64,000 bases of DNA from positions 4,704,001 to 4,768,000 of the forward strand of contig OZ252299.1 of assembly GCA_965250285.1 (NCBI GenBank), written 5' to 3'. Both the position numbers and the translations under genes were made by a program. The notes beneath the pieces are model-generated. The model worked only from the letters and a program-made list of their open reading frames with translations, did no database searches and was not told the DNA's origin. Positions 49,906 to 58,823 of this stretch are shown here, piece after piece. Source of the stretch: Myxococcota bacterium. Lineage in GTDB: Bacteria; Myxococcota_A; UBA9160; UBA4427. The stretch's first letter is position 1, and each line of letters starts with the position of its first letter.

Positions 49906-50484
49906 TCAGACGAAGAGATCGAGCTGCACCGCCGCGGGTCGCACCGGGGCGGCCTGTGGACGCACCCGCGGGCTGCGAAGCGACGCCGGCCGAGACGCGG
50001 GCGAGGCGGACTCAGCGAAGAGCGGCAGCTCCGGGTTCGCCGGCACCGGTGTCTTCGTGGCATGGGCCGGGGGGGCGCGGCGCTCGGGCGGGCGTGAAGG
50101 ACGGGTGCCCGGATCGGGCCGATCACGGCGCATCGTCTCGCGAGGCCGACCGACCGGCCCGGGGCAGTAGATCCCTTCGCGGCGAGCCCACTCGAGCAGC
50201 TGAGCGTAGAACGCCTTGAAGTGCGGACCGTGGTTGAAGTGCTTCAGGTGCGCGAGTTCGTGACAGAGCGTGTTTACGAGGCTCGAGTACTTGAGCGGCT
50301 CGCCGGTGGCCACGTGCCGCAAGCGAATCTTGATGCTTCCGTCGTCGTAGCAGATTCCGTAGCGCCGCTTGACGTTGGCGCGCTCGGGCTCGAGCGATCG
50401 GTAGCGCAGACCGAAGCGATGGCAGATGCGATCAGCGTCGCTGCGCAGCCGGCGCATCAGCTCGTTCTGGGTGCGGCGGTTCAT
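49906..50484 (-). CDS. WLM/Wss1- or YgjP-like zinc metalloprotease with C-terminal beta-clamp motif
   Basis: YGICY..IKIRLR..TLCHELAHLKHFNHGPHF; disordered tail ending QLDLFV. Confidence 0.85.
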   Translation of the reverse strand: MNRRTQNELMRRLRSDADRICHRFGLRYRSLEPERANVKRRYGICYDDGSIKIRLRHVATGEPLKYSSLVNTLCHELAHLKHFNHGPHFKAFYAQLLEWARREGIYCPGPVGRPRETMRRDRPDPGTRPSRPPERRAPPAHATKTPVPANPELPLFAESASPASRPASLRSPRVRPQAAPVRPAAVQLDLFV

Positions 50485-50613
50485 GACCTGGCCGAGTGTC
50501 GAGGCGTGCCGCGCCAACGTCAAGCCGCGCGACGCGCAGCCACCGCCCGAAGGCCCTCGCGCTGCGGCCCTGATACGGGGCACGAGCGAGCGTGATCGCT
50601 ACCTTTCGGGGGC

Positions 50614-51288
50614 ATGTCGAGTGAACCCGACGAGATCCCGCTGTTCCCGCTCCCCTCGGTGGTGCTGTTCCCGCTGGCCACGGTGCCGCTCTTCGTCTTC
50701 GAGCCGCGATACAGGCAGATGATCGCGGCCGTGCTCGAGCAAACGCCGAGCCGCATCGGGATCGTCTCGGTGCCCGAAGCACACCACGAAGAGATGGCGG
50801 GGGATCCCCCGATCGAGGAAGTGGGCTGCGAAGGCGAGGTCGCTGCCGCCGAGCGAAACCCCGACGGTACCTACCGTATCCTGCTTCGCGGCACGCGGCG
50901 ATTTCGCATCGTGAACGAGCAGCGGCCCGAAGGCGATCGACTCTACCGCCTCGCGCAGATCGAGCCGCGCGCCGAGATCGTCGAAGACGGGGACCGTGAC
51001 GCAATGCGTGCCGGCCGTGGCGAGCTGCTCACGCTGCTATCGGACTTGTTGCAGCGCACGTCGCCGCGGCACGCGAGCGCTTTCGATCGAAGCCGCTTCG
51101 ACGAAGTCGGTGATGAACAGCTGGTCAACGCACTCGCGCAGGCGGTCGATCTCGAGGCTCATGACAAGCAACAGCTGCTCGAGGTCGATCGGGTGTGCAC
51201 ACGGCAACACATGCTTTCCGAGCTGTTGAGGTTTCGAATCGCGCAGCTCGAAGGCGGAGGCAGCGCCGGACCGACCACGCTTCAGTGA
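50614..51288 (+). CDS. Stand-alone Lon N-terminal substrate-binding domain protein
   Basis: IPLFPLPSVVLFP..PLFVFEPRYRQMI, DGTYRILLRGTRRFRI, KQQLLE. Confidence 0.92.
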   Translation: MSSEPDEIPLFPLPSVVLFPLATVPLFVFEPRYRQMIAAVLEQTPSRIGIVSVPEAHHEEMAGDPPIEEVGCEGEVAAAERNPDGTYRILLRGTRRFRIVNEQRPEGDRLYRLAQIEPRAEIVEDGDRDAMRAGRGELLTLLSDLLQRTSPRHASAFDRSRFDEVGDEQLVNALAQAVDLEAHDKQQLLEVDRVCTRQHMLSELLRFRIAQLEGGGSAGPTTLQ

Positions 51289-51564
51289 ATCGATTCGGCT
51301 GCTTCAGCAGATGCCGAAAATCGACGCAAAAAGTATCCTGATCGATTTTGATTGAGATCGAGTGCGAAGCGGACTTTCCCCCTCGACACACGATCGCAAC
51401 GTCGAAGGCACCTGAACGGCGCGCGCAAACTCCGCATCGCATCATCGGAAAATGAAAAGCAAACAGCGGTTCTAGGCGACCCCGAACGCCATTTGACAGC
51501 TCTTCGCGCGGTTCACCGGTCGGTCACGATCTATGCATTTCGACTTTGCGAAGAGCGCATCGGG

Positions 51565-51573
51565 TGTGGAATA
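51565..51573. promoter_or_regulatory. Single relaxed DnaA box
   Basis: TGTGGAATA, one mismatch to TGTGNAWAA, upstream of the dnaA-like gene. Confidence 0.35.
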
Positions 51574-51785
51574 TTACGTCCGTTCGAGGGCGGAACCGGA
51601 TCAAGAACGCTGGGATCATCCGGAACCGCCCAGAATCCCCCGAAAACGGCTTCCTCTTCCGAAAAACCGAGGATGAGCCGAGAGTGAAGTGAGAGGCACT
51701 CTCGGAAAAGAAGCCCCTAGATTCAACCGCGATGCGGGCTCTGCCGCAGTCGTCACGGAACCCGTCCGTCGCGGTTTGGGACACC

Positions 51786-53414
51786 ATGACCTTCCCCCCC
51801 AAGGTCTGGAGCGGTGTGCTGCGCCGACTCCAAGAAGAGCTACCTGCGTTCGCATTCGATGCGTGGATCGCCCCGCTTGCCCTGGGCGAGACGCGAAACG
51901 AACACGTCGTTCTGCTCTGCCCGACCTCCTTTCATCGTGATCGCGTTCGCAAGACGCTGCGCTCGCTCATCACCGCGGCCTTCGCCGACGAGCTCGGCCG
52001 GCCTGCGAGCGTCGAGTTCGACATCGGACGTGGCGGGATCGCGGCCGCTTCCCTCATCGACTCGCCCGCTGAATCGCAGGCGGTCGAAGCGCCCCGGGTC
52101 GCCCGAGCGCAGGCGGCTGCGGCCGAGGCGCCTCGTCGAGCGCCGGTGAAGCGGGTGCGCCCGGAGACCGAGGCTCGACGTGCGGTCGGCGCGGGCCCCC
52201 TCGCGCAGATGCTCCAGACCACGACGCAGGGCCTGCGGATCCAGCAGGCCCCCAGCGCGCCGCCCCGACCCCCGACCGAGTCGCGTGCCGAACTGCGAAC
52301 GGGTTCGCCCATCGCGCCCGGTCAGCGCGTGAACGACGGTCCGCCGCGACGGCCACAAGCGCGGCAGGCGCCAGCCGAAGCTCAGCCCGGGCTCCCCTAT
52401 TCGTTCGACAACTTCGTCGTCGGTCCCTGCAACGCCCTCGCCCGCGAGGCGGCGTTCGCCGTGGCGGGCGGCCAGGCCATGCCGCTGAAGCAGCTCTACC
52501 TCGCTTCGCCGCCGGGCCTCGGCAAGACCCATCTCGCCCGCGCCGTGGCGCTCGAGGTCGCGCGACACAACGATCGCCCCGTGCGCTACGCCAGCGCCGA
52601 GCTCTTCACGAGCGAGTTCGTCTCGGCCCTCCGCAACAAGACGACCGCCGAGTTCAAGCGGCGCTACCGGCCCGAACGGGGCGGCCTGCTGGTGCTCGAG
52701 GACGTGCAGTTCCTCGCGGCCAAGAAGGCGACGCAGCTCGAGTTCTTCCACAGCGTCGAGCACGTGCTCGAAGCCGGGGGCCGAGTGCTGCTCACCGGCG
52801 ACCGCATGCCGCAGGACATGGGCGACCTCGACGAGCGGCTCCGCGCGCAGCTCGGCCGGGGCTTCGTCGCGGGACTCGAGGCGCCCGACGCCCACGTCCG
52901 TCGGCAGATCCTCAAGGTCAAGGCGGCGCACGGCGCCATTGCGCTGCCCGACGAATGCCTCGACCTGCTGGTCGAATCGGTGGCGGGCAACGTCCGCGAG
53001 CTCGAAGGCGTATTGATGCAGGTGGTCACCACCTCGACGCTGCTCAAGCGACCGATCGATCTCGATCTGACGAAGCGCGCGATCCAGCAGAAGATGCAGG
53101 TGGTGGCGCCACAGGCGAAGCGCCCCGAGGTCGGCGACGTGCTCGCGGTGGTCGCCTCGTTCTTCAAGACGACACCCGAGCAGCTCGCGGCCCGCAGCCG
53201 GCGGCGCGCCGTTCTCGTCCCCCGGCAGCTGGCGATGTACCTCTGCCACCGTCACACCGACGCGCCGCTCGCCGACATCGGACGCGCCCTCGACCGGGAT
53301 CACCCCGCCGTGCGCAATGCGATCAAGAAGGTCGAGCGCGAGATGCTCGAGAATCCGCGCACGCGCTACCAGATCGAGGCCCTGACCACCCGGATTCTGG
53401 AGCGCACGAACTGA
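51786..53414 (+). CDS. dnaA: DnaA-family protein (divergent paralogue)
   Basis: Domain I FDAWIAPL; YSFDNFVVGPCN, GLGKTHL, EDVQFL, NVRELEG; domain IV RQLAMYL..RDH. Confidence 0.9.
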   Translation: MTFPPKVWSGVLRRLQEELPAFAFDAWIAPLALGETRNEHVVLLCPTSFHRDRVRKTLRSLITAAFADELGRPASVEFDIGRGGIAAASLIDSPAESQAVEAPRVARAQAAAAEAPRRAPVKRVRPETEARRAVGAGPLAQMLQTTTQGLRIQQAPSAPPRPPTESRAELRTGSPIAPGQRVNDGPPRRPQARQAPAEAQPGLPYSFDNFVVGPCNALAREAAFAVAGGQAMPLKQLYLASPPGLGKTHLARAVALEVARHNDRPVRYASAELFTSEFVSALRNKTTAEFKRRYRPERGGLLVLEDVQFLAAKKATQLEFFHSVEHVLEAGGRVLLTGDRMPQDMGDLDERLRAQLGRGFVAGLEAPDAHVRRQILKVKAAHGAIALPDECLDLLVESVAGNVRELEGVLMQVVTTSTLLKRPIDLDLTKRAIQQKMQVVAPQAKRPEVGDVLAVVASFFKTTPEQLAARSRRRAVLVPRQLAMYLCHRHTDAPLADIGRALDRDHPAVRNAIKKVEREMLENPRTRYQIEALTTRILERTN

Positions 53415-53486
53415 GCGCAGGCGGCTCCGCTTCGATCATCGAAGCGATTTGAATCTCGCATTGATGCAGAGTCGGCCGCGCGGGGG

Positions 53487-54731
53487 TCAGCCGCCGCTCG
53501 CGACCTCGCGTCGATGCAGTGGGCCATCGCGCCAGCGCGCGGGCCCCGAGAGCTCGACGCTGCGGGTCGGCTCGAGCGAGGGCGGGTCTTCGGACGGGTC
53601 ATCGAACCGGCGCAGGATCTTGTAGGTCGTCGATCGTTCGACCGGCACGCGCTCGATCTCGCGAATCAGCCGGCGGAACTCTTCGGGCGGGCAATTCTCA
53701 CCGTGCTGGCTGCCCGACTCTCGACTGATCGACTCTTCCATCAGCGTGCCGCCGAAGTCGTCGGCGCCCGCCTGCAGCGCCATCTGCCCCAGCTTCGGTC
53801 CCATCTTCACCCACGAGACCTGGATATGGTCGATCGTTCCGTGGAAGAAGAGCCGGCTGACGGCCACCATGCGCAGGTCTTCCATCATCGAAGCGCCCGG
53901 CCGGCTGCCCATGAAGTTGTAGAGCATGTTGCGCTCGTGGATGAAGCCGAGAGGGACGAACTCGGTGAACCCGCCCGTCTCCTTCTGCAGATCGCGCACG
54001 ATGCCCATGTGGGTCGCGATGTGGTGGGGCTGCTCGATGTGCCCGTACATCACGGTCGACGTCGAGCGCAGCCCGGCGCCGTGCGCCGCCTTGACGATCT
54101 CGACCCAGCGATCGGTCTTCAGCTTGTTCGGCGAGAGCACATCTCGCACCTCGTCGACGAGAATCTCGGCCGCGGTGCCGGGGACGGTGCCGAGGCCGGC
54201 GTCCTTCAGCCATGCCAGGTACTCGTCGAGCTTCATCCCGCTCTTGCGGTGACCGAAGTCGATCTCTTCGGGCGAGTATGCGTGGATGTGCAGGTCGGGA
54301 TAGGCGCCCTTGATCGTCGTCAGGATCTCGCGGTAGTGCTCGTGGGTCTTGTTCGGATGGATGCCACCCTGGATGCAGACCTCGGTCGCCCCGCGCGCAA
54401 TGGCGTCCTCGCACTTGGCGAGAATCACGTCCATCGAGTGATCGAACGACTCTTCGGCGTCGTCCTTGTGGCGCGCGAAGCCGCAGAACGAGCAGCCCAC
54501 GTAGCAGACGTTCGTGAAGTTGATGTTGCGGCACACGACGAAGGTCACGTCGTCGCCCTGCACGACGCGCCGCTGGTGGTCGGCGGCCGCGAGCAACGCG
54601 TGGAAGTCGGGGCCCTTCACGGTCAGCAGGCGTTCGAGCTCGCCGGTCGACATCTCGCGGCCCTCGAGCGAGCGCTCGAGAATGCCGGCGACCTCCGGCG
54701 TGACGGTGCCCAGGATCGATTCGAGACTCAT
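53487..54731 (-). CDS. cofH: FO synthase subunit CofH
   Basis: RNINFTNVCYVGCSFC, TEVCIQGGIHP, PGTAAEIL, TGGFTEFVPL, QVSWVKMG, GGTLMEESISR. Confidence 0.93.
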   Translation of the reverse strand: MSLESILGTVTPEVAGILERSLEGREMSTGELERLLTVKGPDFHALLAAADHQRRVVQGDDVTFVVCRNINFTNVCYVGCSFCGFARHKDDAEESFDHSMDVILAKCEDAIARGATEVCIQGGIHPNKTHEHYREILTTIKGAYPDLHIHAYSPEEIDFGHRKSGMKLDEYLAWLKDAGLGTVPGTAAEILVDEVRDVLSPNKLKTDRWVEIVKAAHGAGLRSTSTVMYGHIEQPHHIATHMGIVRDLQKETGGFTEFVPLGFIHERNMLYNFMGSRPGASMMEDLRMVAVSRLFFHGTIDHIQVSWVKMGPKLGQMALQAGADDFGGTLMEESISRESGSQHGENCPPEEFRRLIREIERVPVERSTTYKILRRFDDPSEDPPSLEPTRSVELSGPARWRDGPLHRREVASGG

Positions 54732-55984
54732 GCGGCTTCCTCCCCGGATGGGGTGTCGGGGCGCTTGGCGAAGCCTTCCGCGTCGAAGAAGCGGGGCATG
54801 GCTTCACGCATCCGAGGATCGTAGAACGCGCTGCGGTCGGGCGTCACCCGGTCGGCGCCGCCCAGCACCCAGTCGGGATAGATCGGGCCGCGGTCGCGCA
54901 GCTCGAGGCCGGCCGCTCGGGTGACCTCGCGCAACAGCGGCAGCGTCGGCCAGGGCGCTTCGGGGTTGATGTAGTCGAGGGTGACCGGCGAGACGCCGCC
55001 CCAGTCGTTGATGCCGGCGCGCAGCAGCTCGGGCAGCACCGTCTCGCCGAGGTTCGGCGGCGCCTGCACGTTCGCATCCGGGCCCATCACCAGCCGGGCG
55101 ATCGCCGTCCAGCCCACCACTTCTTCGTCGCTGAGCGGCGAGACATGCCGCATGCGCGTCCCCGGCTTCGGGTGGAACGGCTGCACGATCAGCTCCTGGA
55201 TGTGGCCGTACGCGTCGTCGATGCGGCGAATCTCTGCGAGGGTCGCCGCGCGCTCGGCGTCGTTCTCGCCGATCCCCATGAGCAGGCCGCTCGTGAACGG
55301 GATCTTCAGCTCGCCGGCCTCTTCGTGCATGCGAATGCGCCGGGCCGGCTCTTTGTCGGGGGCATACTGGTGGGGCATGCCCTTGCCCCGCAGACGCTGG
55401 CTCGTGGTCTCCATCATGAGACCCATCGAGGCATTCCAGGGCCGCAGCCGCTCCATCTCTTCGATCGTCAGGATGCCCGCGTTGGTGTGGGGCAGCATGC
55501 CGCCCTCGAACGCGACGCGACACGCCTCGACGAGCAGATCCGTCGTCGACGCGTAGCCATCCCCCGCGAGCTGCTCGCGATAGCTGCGATAGGCGACTTC
55601 CGGCTTGTCACCGAGGCACATCAGGGCCTCGGTGCAGCCGGTCAGCACGCCGCCGCGTACGACCTCGGCCACCTCGTCGAGGCTGTAGGTGTGGGCTTCG
55701 GCGCTGTCGGGCAGCTTCGCAAAGGTGCAGTAGCTGCAGCGGTTGCGGCAGAGATTCGTGAGTGGAATGAAGACGTTGCGTGAGACCGTGACGACCGAGC
55801 CGCGTCCCTTGCGCGCGCTCTCCCAGGCGGCCTCGACGAGCGGGCGGCGCACCCGCTCATCGCCGACTCGAGCACCGAGGCGCTCGGCCTCGGGCGCTTC
55901 GAGACGGCCCGACGCGAGGGCGTCGTCGAGGATCGATCGAATGTCGTCGTCGCCGAGGGGACGGTCGTCGGAGGGAGCGCTCAC
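54728..55984 (-). CDS. cofG: FO synthase subunit CofG
   Basis: SRNVFIPLTNLCRNRCSYC, LPHTNAG, HIQELIVQPF, QAPPNL, DWGGVSPVT.DYINPEAPWP. Confidence 0.93.
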   Translation of the reverse strand: MSAPSDDRPLGDDDIRSILDDALASGRLEAPEAERLGARVGDERVRRPLVEAAWESARKGRGSVVTVSRNVFIPLTNLCRNRCSYCTFAKLPDSAEAHTYSLDEVAEVVRGGVLTGCTEALMCLGDKPEVAYRSYREQLAGDGYASTTDLLVEACRVAFEGGMLPHTNAGILTIEEMERLRPWNASMGLMMETTSQRLRGKGMPHQYAPDKEPARRIRMHEEAGELKIPFTSGLLMGIGENDAERAATLAEIRRIDDAYGHIQELIVQPFHPKPGTRMRHVSPLSDEEVVGWTAIARLVMGPDANVQAPPNLGETVLPELLRAGINDWGGVSPVTLDYINPEAPWPTLPLLREVTRAAGLELRDRGPIYPDWVLGGADRVTPDRSAFYDPRMREAMPRFFDAEGFAKRPDTPSGEEAA

Positions 55985-56131
55985 GGGGGCCCTTCCCGGT
56001 GCAATACGGAGCCGGGCACGATAGCACGCGGGGGGACGCGCCCTCGGGTGATCGGTTGCGATGCCACGCGAATGATCCACTCGAGGGCTGCGATCGGGGC
56101 TCGATCTGCCGGTTGCTGGGGAGGGATTTCA

Positions 56132-56159
56132 TCAAGCCGCGCGCGGATTTGGCCGATTC
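56132..56159 (+). promoter_or_regulatory. Sigma-28-like promoter
   Basis: TCAA-N16-GCCGATTC upstream of the diguanylate cyclase. Confidence 0.45.
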
Positions 56160-56229
56160 AGAGGGGGGATCGCCGCGCCTCATCGGGGGCGGCGGAACGC
56201 TCACCCTTGCACCGAGGTCCCCCGGCCCC

Positions 56230-57957
56230 TTGGATCGCGTCTTCACCAGACTCCCGACACGAATCGTCTTCTTCGTGTTCGCCGTCACGCTCTTCACGTC
56301 GTTGACCGTGGCCGGTGTCTCGGTGCGTTCGACCAGTCATTTTCTTCGCGAGAAAATCAACCACCAGTACGAGTCGACCCTGGCCGAAGCGTCGGAGCAG
56401 ATCGAGTCGTGGTACAGCGAGCGACAGGGTGAGCTCGAGGTCTTCACGTCGAGCGACGTCCTCAGTCAGGTGGTGCCTCGCGCGCTCGCGACCCAGGACT
56501 CTCGGCGCAAGCAGCGCGCCACGCGCGAAGCGTCGATGTACCTCCAGTACCTGCTCGACGACTTTCCGCAGTACAGCTCGCTCTTCGTGGTCGCGCCCGA
56601 AGCGAACGGTGAGGTCGCCTTCGCCGTCGGCCACTCGCCCGAGCTCCCGCCTGCCTGGCTCGTCGAGCTCGCTCAGATCGAGACGCCCCAGATCGGCCCC
56701 GTCGCAGAGCTCGGTGGTCGACGCGTCCAGATTGCCTCGGCCCCGATCCTGAACGCCAACGGTGAGCGGCTCGCCACCCTGCACGCCACCCTCCGAGTCA
56801 GTCGACTCTCGCGACTGCTCGACGCGATCGGGACTTCGCAGTTCGGCTCGCTGTCGATCGTCGACGACGAGGGCACGATCCTGGCCTCGAGTCGAGCCCA
56901 GGGGCTCGGACAGCTCTTCGAGGGGCCCCGACTCGCCGGCGGCGCGAATCCCGAGCGCGTGATCTTCAGGGATTACGAGACCGAAGGCGGCGACGCACGC
57001 GTGGGCGGCCTGCTCCCGTTCCCGCGATTCGATTGGACGATCGTCTACGAAGAGCCCTACGCGACGGCCTTCGAGCCCATCGTCGCGGCAATCAGCCGCG
57101 TGATGATCATCAACCTCGCGATCGTCCTCGTGATGTGCATCGCGGCTTTCCGCATCGCCGTCTCGATCGTGCGGCCGATCGAAGCCCTGAGCGACGCCGC
57201 CAGCCGCATTGCCGACGGCGAGAAGGGTGTCGAGATCCCGGCTCAGCAGGGTGACGACGAGGTCGCCGTGCTGTCACGCGTGTTCCGGGGCATGACCACG
57301 ACGCTGACGAGCAATGCCGCCGAGCTCGAGCAGAGCCATGCCACGATCGAGGAGACGGCTGAGCGCCTGCGCCAGAAGAACGAAGAGCTTCAGGAGATGA
57401 ACGAGGTGCTCGAGCAGCTGTCGATCACCGATGGGCTCACGAAGCTGCACAACCACCGCTACTTCCAGGAAGCGCTGACGAGCGAGTGCAAGCGCGCAGA
57501 CCGCACGGGTGAGCCTCTCGCGCTGATCCTGATCGATATCGACGAGTTCAAGAAGTGGAACGACCGGCTCGGCCACGCGGGCGGCGACGAGATCCTGCGC
57601 AAGATGGCGGGGATCTTGAACGACGGAGTCCGCGAAACCGACCTGCTCGCGCGCTACGGCGGCGAAGAGTTCGCGCTGCTCGCGCCCGATACGCACCTGC
57701 TCGGCGCGGCCAAGCTCGGCGAGAAGCTGCGCAACGACATCGCCAGCACGTCGTTCTTCCTCGAGCCGCCGAGTGAGCGATCGCGCGTGACCGTGTCGGT
57801 CGGCGTCGCGATCTATCACGGCGACCGGCGACAGCTCTTCGTCGAAGCCGACCAGGCCCTGTACCGCGCGAAGGATTCGGGGCGTGACTGCGTCATCATC
57901 GCGGAGGTCGACGAGCGCGCGGCATCCGATCACGAAGAAGACATCGAGGACGCCTGA
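56230..57957 (+). CDS. Cache-HAMP-GGDEF diguanylate cyclase
   Basis: Two TM segments, HAMP, TDGLTKLHN, DIDEFKKWND, RETD I-site, RYGGEEF; probable TTG start. Confidence 0.93.
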   Translation: MDRVFTRLPTRIVFFVFAVTLFTSLTVAGVSVRSTSHFLREKINHQYESTLAEASEQIESWYSERQGELEVFTSSDVLSQVVPRALATQDSRRKQRATREASMYLQYLLDDFPQYSSLFVVAPEANGEVAFAVGHSPELPPAWLVELAQIETPQIGPVAELGGRRVQIASAPILNANGERLATLHATLRVSRLSRLLDAIGTSQFGSLSIVDDEGTILASSRAQGLGQLFEGPRLAGGANPERVIFRDYETEGGDARVGGLLPFPRFDWTIVYEEPYATAFEPIVAAISRVMIINLAIVLVMCIAAFRIAVSIVRPIEALSDAASRIADGEKGVEIPAQQGDDEVAVLSRVFRGMTTTLTSNAAELEQSHATIEETAERLRQKNEELQEMNEVLEQLSITDGLTKLHNHRYFQEALTSECKRADRTGEPLALILIDIDEFKKWNDRLGHAGGDEILRKMAGILNDGVRETDLLARYGGEEFALLAPDTHLLGAAKLGEKLRNDIASTSFFLEPPSERSRVTVSVGVAIYHGDRRQLFVEADQALYRAKDSGRDCVIIAEVDERAASDHEEDIEDA

Positions 57958-57996
57958 GCGGCGCATGCGCCGATCGGTCGACGTGCGTGGCGGCGC

Positions 57997-58665
57997 TCAG
58001 CGCAGCAGGCTGCGATGCACCCAGCCGACGTCGCCCGTCCAGGCCCGCACGAGTACCCAGTCGTCGCGGGTGCTCTCGGTAAACACGGGCATGCCACCCT
58101 GCAGCACCCGCAACACCGGATCGGTCGTCGATGGGCCGGTGCGCATGTTCACGCGGCCGGCCGACACGAAGCGAACGTTCTCCTGGCTGCGCAGCTGTTC
58201 GACTTCGGCTTCAATGTTCTCGGCGTCGCGTTGTGCGCGATAGACGAAGAAGAGCGCCGAGCCGTAGTGTCCTTCGCTGACCTGTCGATCGGCCTCGTCG
58301 AGCTTGCCCATCGCATCGGCGACCTCGGCCGCGCGCCAGGGCGCACGTTCGTGCGCGCGTTCGACCTGGATCCGTGCCTGAGCCAGGCTCGACACCGCAT
58401 CGGCACGCGAGTGCTGCCCCCGCAGCCCCGACTCGGCCTTGACCAGAGCCTCCTGGGCCTGGGCGAGGTCGGCCTGCAGGCGCTCGACCTGCCGGGCGAG
58501 CTTGGCGGCCCGCTCCGTCTCGGCCTTGCGATAGATCTCGATGTCGATCTGTTCGGCGGTGGGGCCCGGCGGCGGGCACGGCGGCGGGCTGGCGCAGCCC
58601 GGTGCGAGGCCAAGCAATGCGAGCGCCGGCCAGGCGAGCAGCGACTTCGACGATCGGACGGGCAT
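57997..58665 (-). CDS. Lipoprotein with coiled coil and C-terminal SH3b domain
   Basis: Lipobox APGC; VNMRTGPST..WVLV..GWVHRSLL. Confidence 0.85.
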   Translation of the reverse strand: MPVRSSKSLLAWPALALLGLAPGCASPPPCPPPGPTAEQIDIEIYRKAETERAAKLARQVERLQADLAQAQEALVKAESGLRGQHSRADAVSSLAQARIQVERAHERAPWRAAEVADAMGKLDEADRQVSEGHYGSALFFVYRAQRDAENIEAEVEQLRSQENVRFVSAGRVNMRTGPSTTDPVLRVLQGGMPVFTESTRDDWVLVRAWTGDVGWVHRSLLR

Positions 58666-58823
58666 CGGGCGCGGCGACTCCAGCCAAGCGAATCCAGACG
58701 AGCGCCCCGAGGGCGCACCACCCTTCTCAATCGACCGGTTCGCCGAACGTCTTGAGCGGCGTGCAGGGCGAGGGTCACCGCGAACGCCAGAAAAGGGGCG
58801 TTCCGCCTACACCCATGCGGCGG

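Noticed and set aside
51289..51785. oriC
   Set aside because: Only one relaxed DnaA box, no box cluster, and no dnaN/recF/gyrB context
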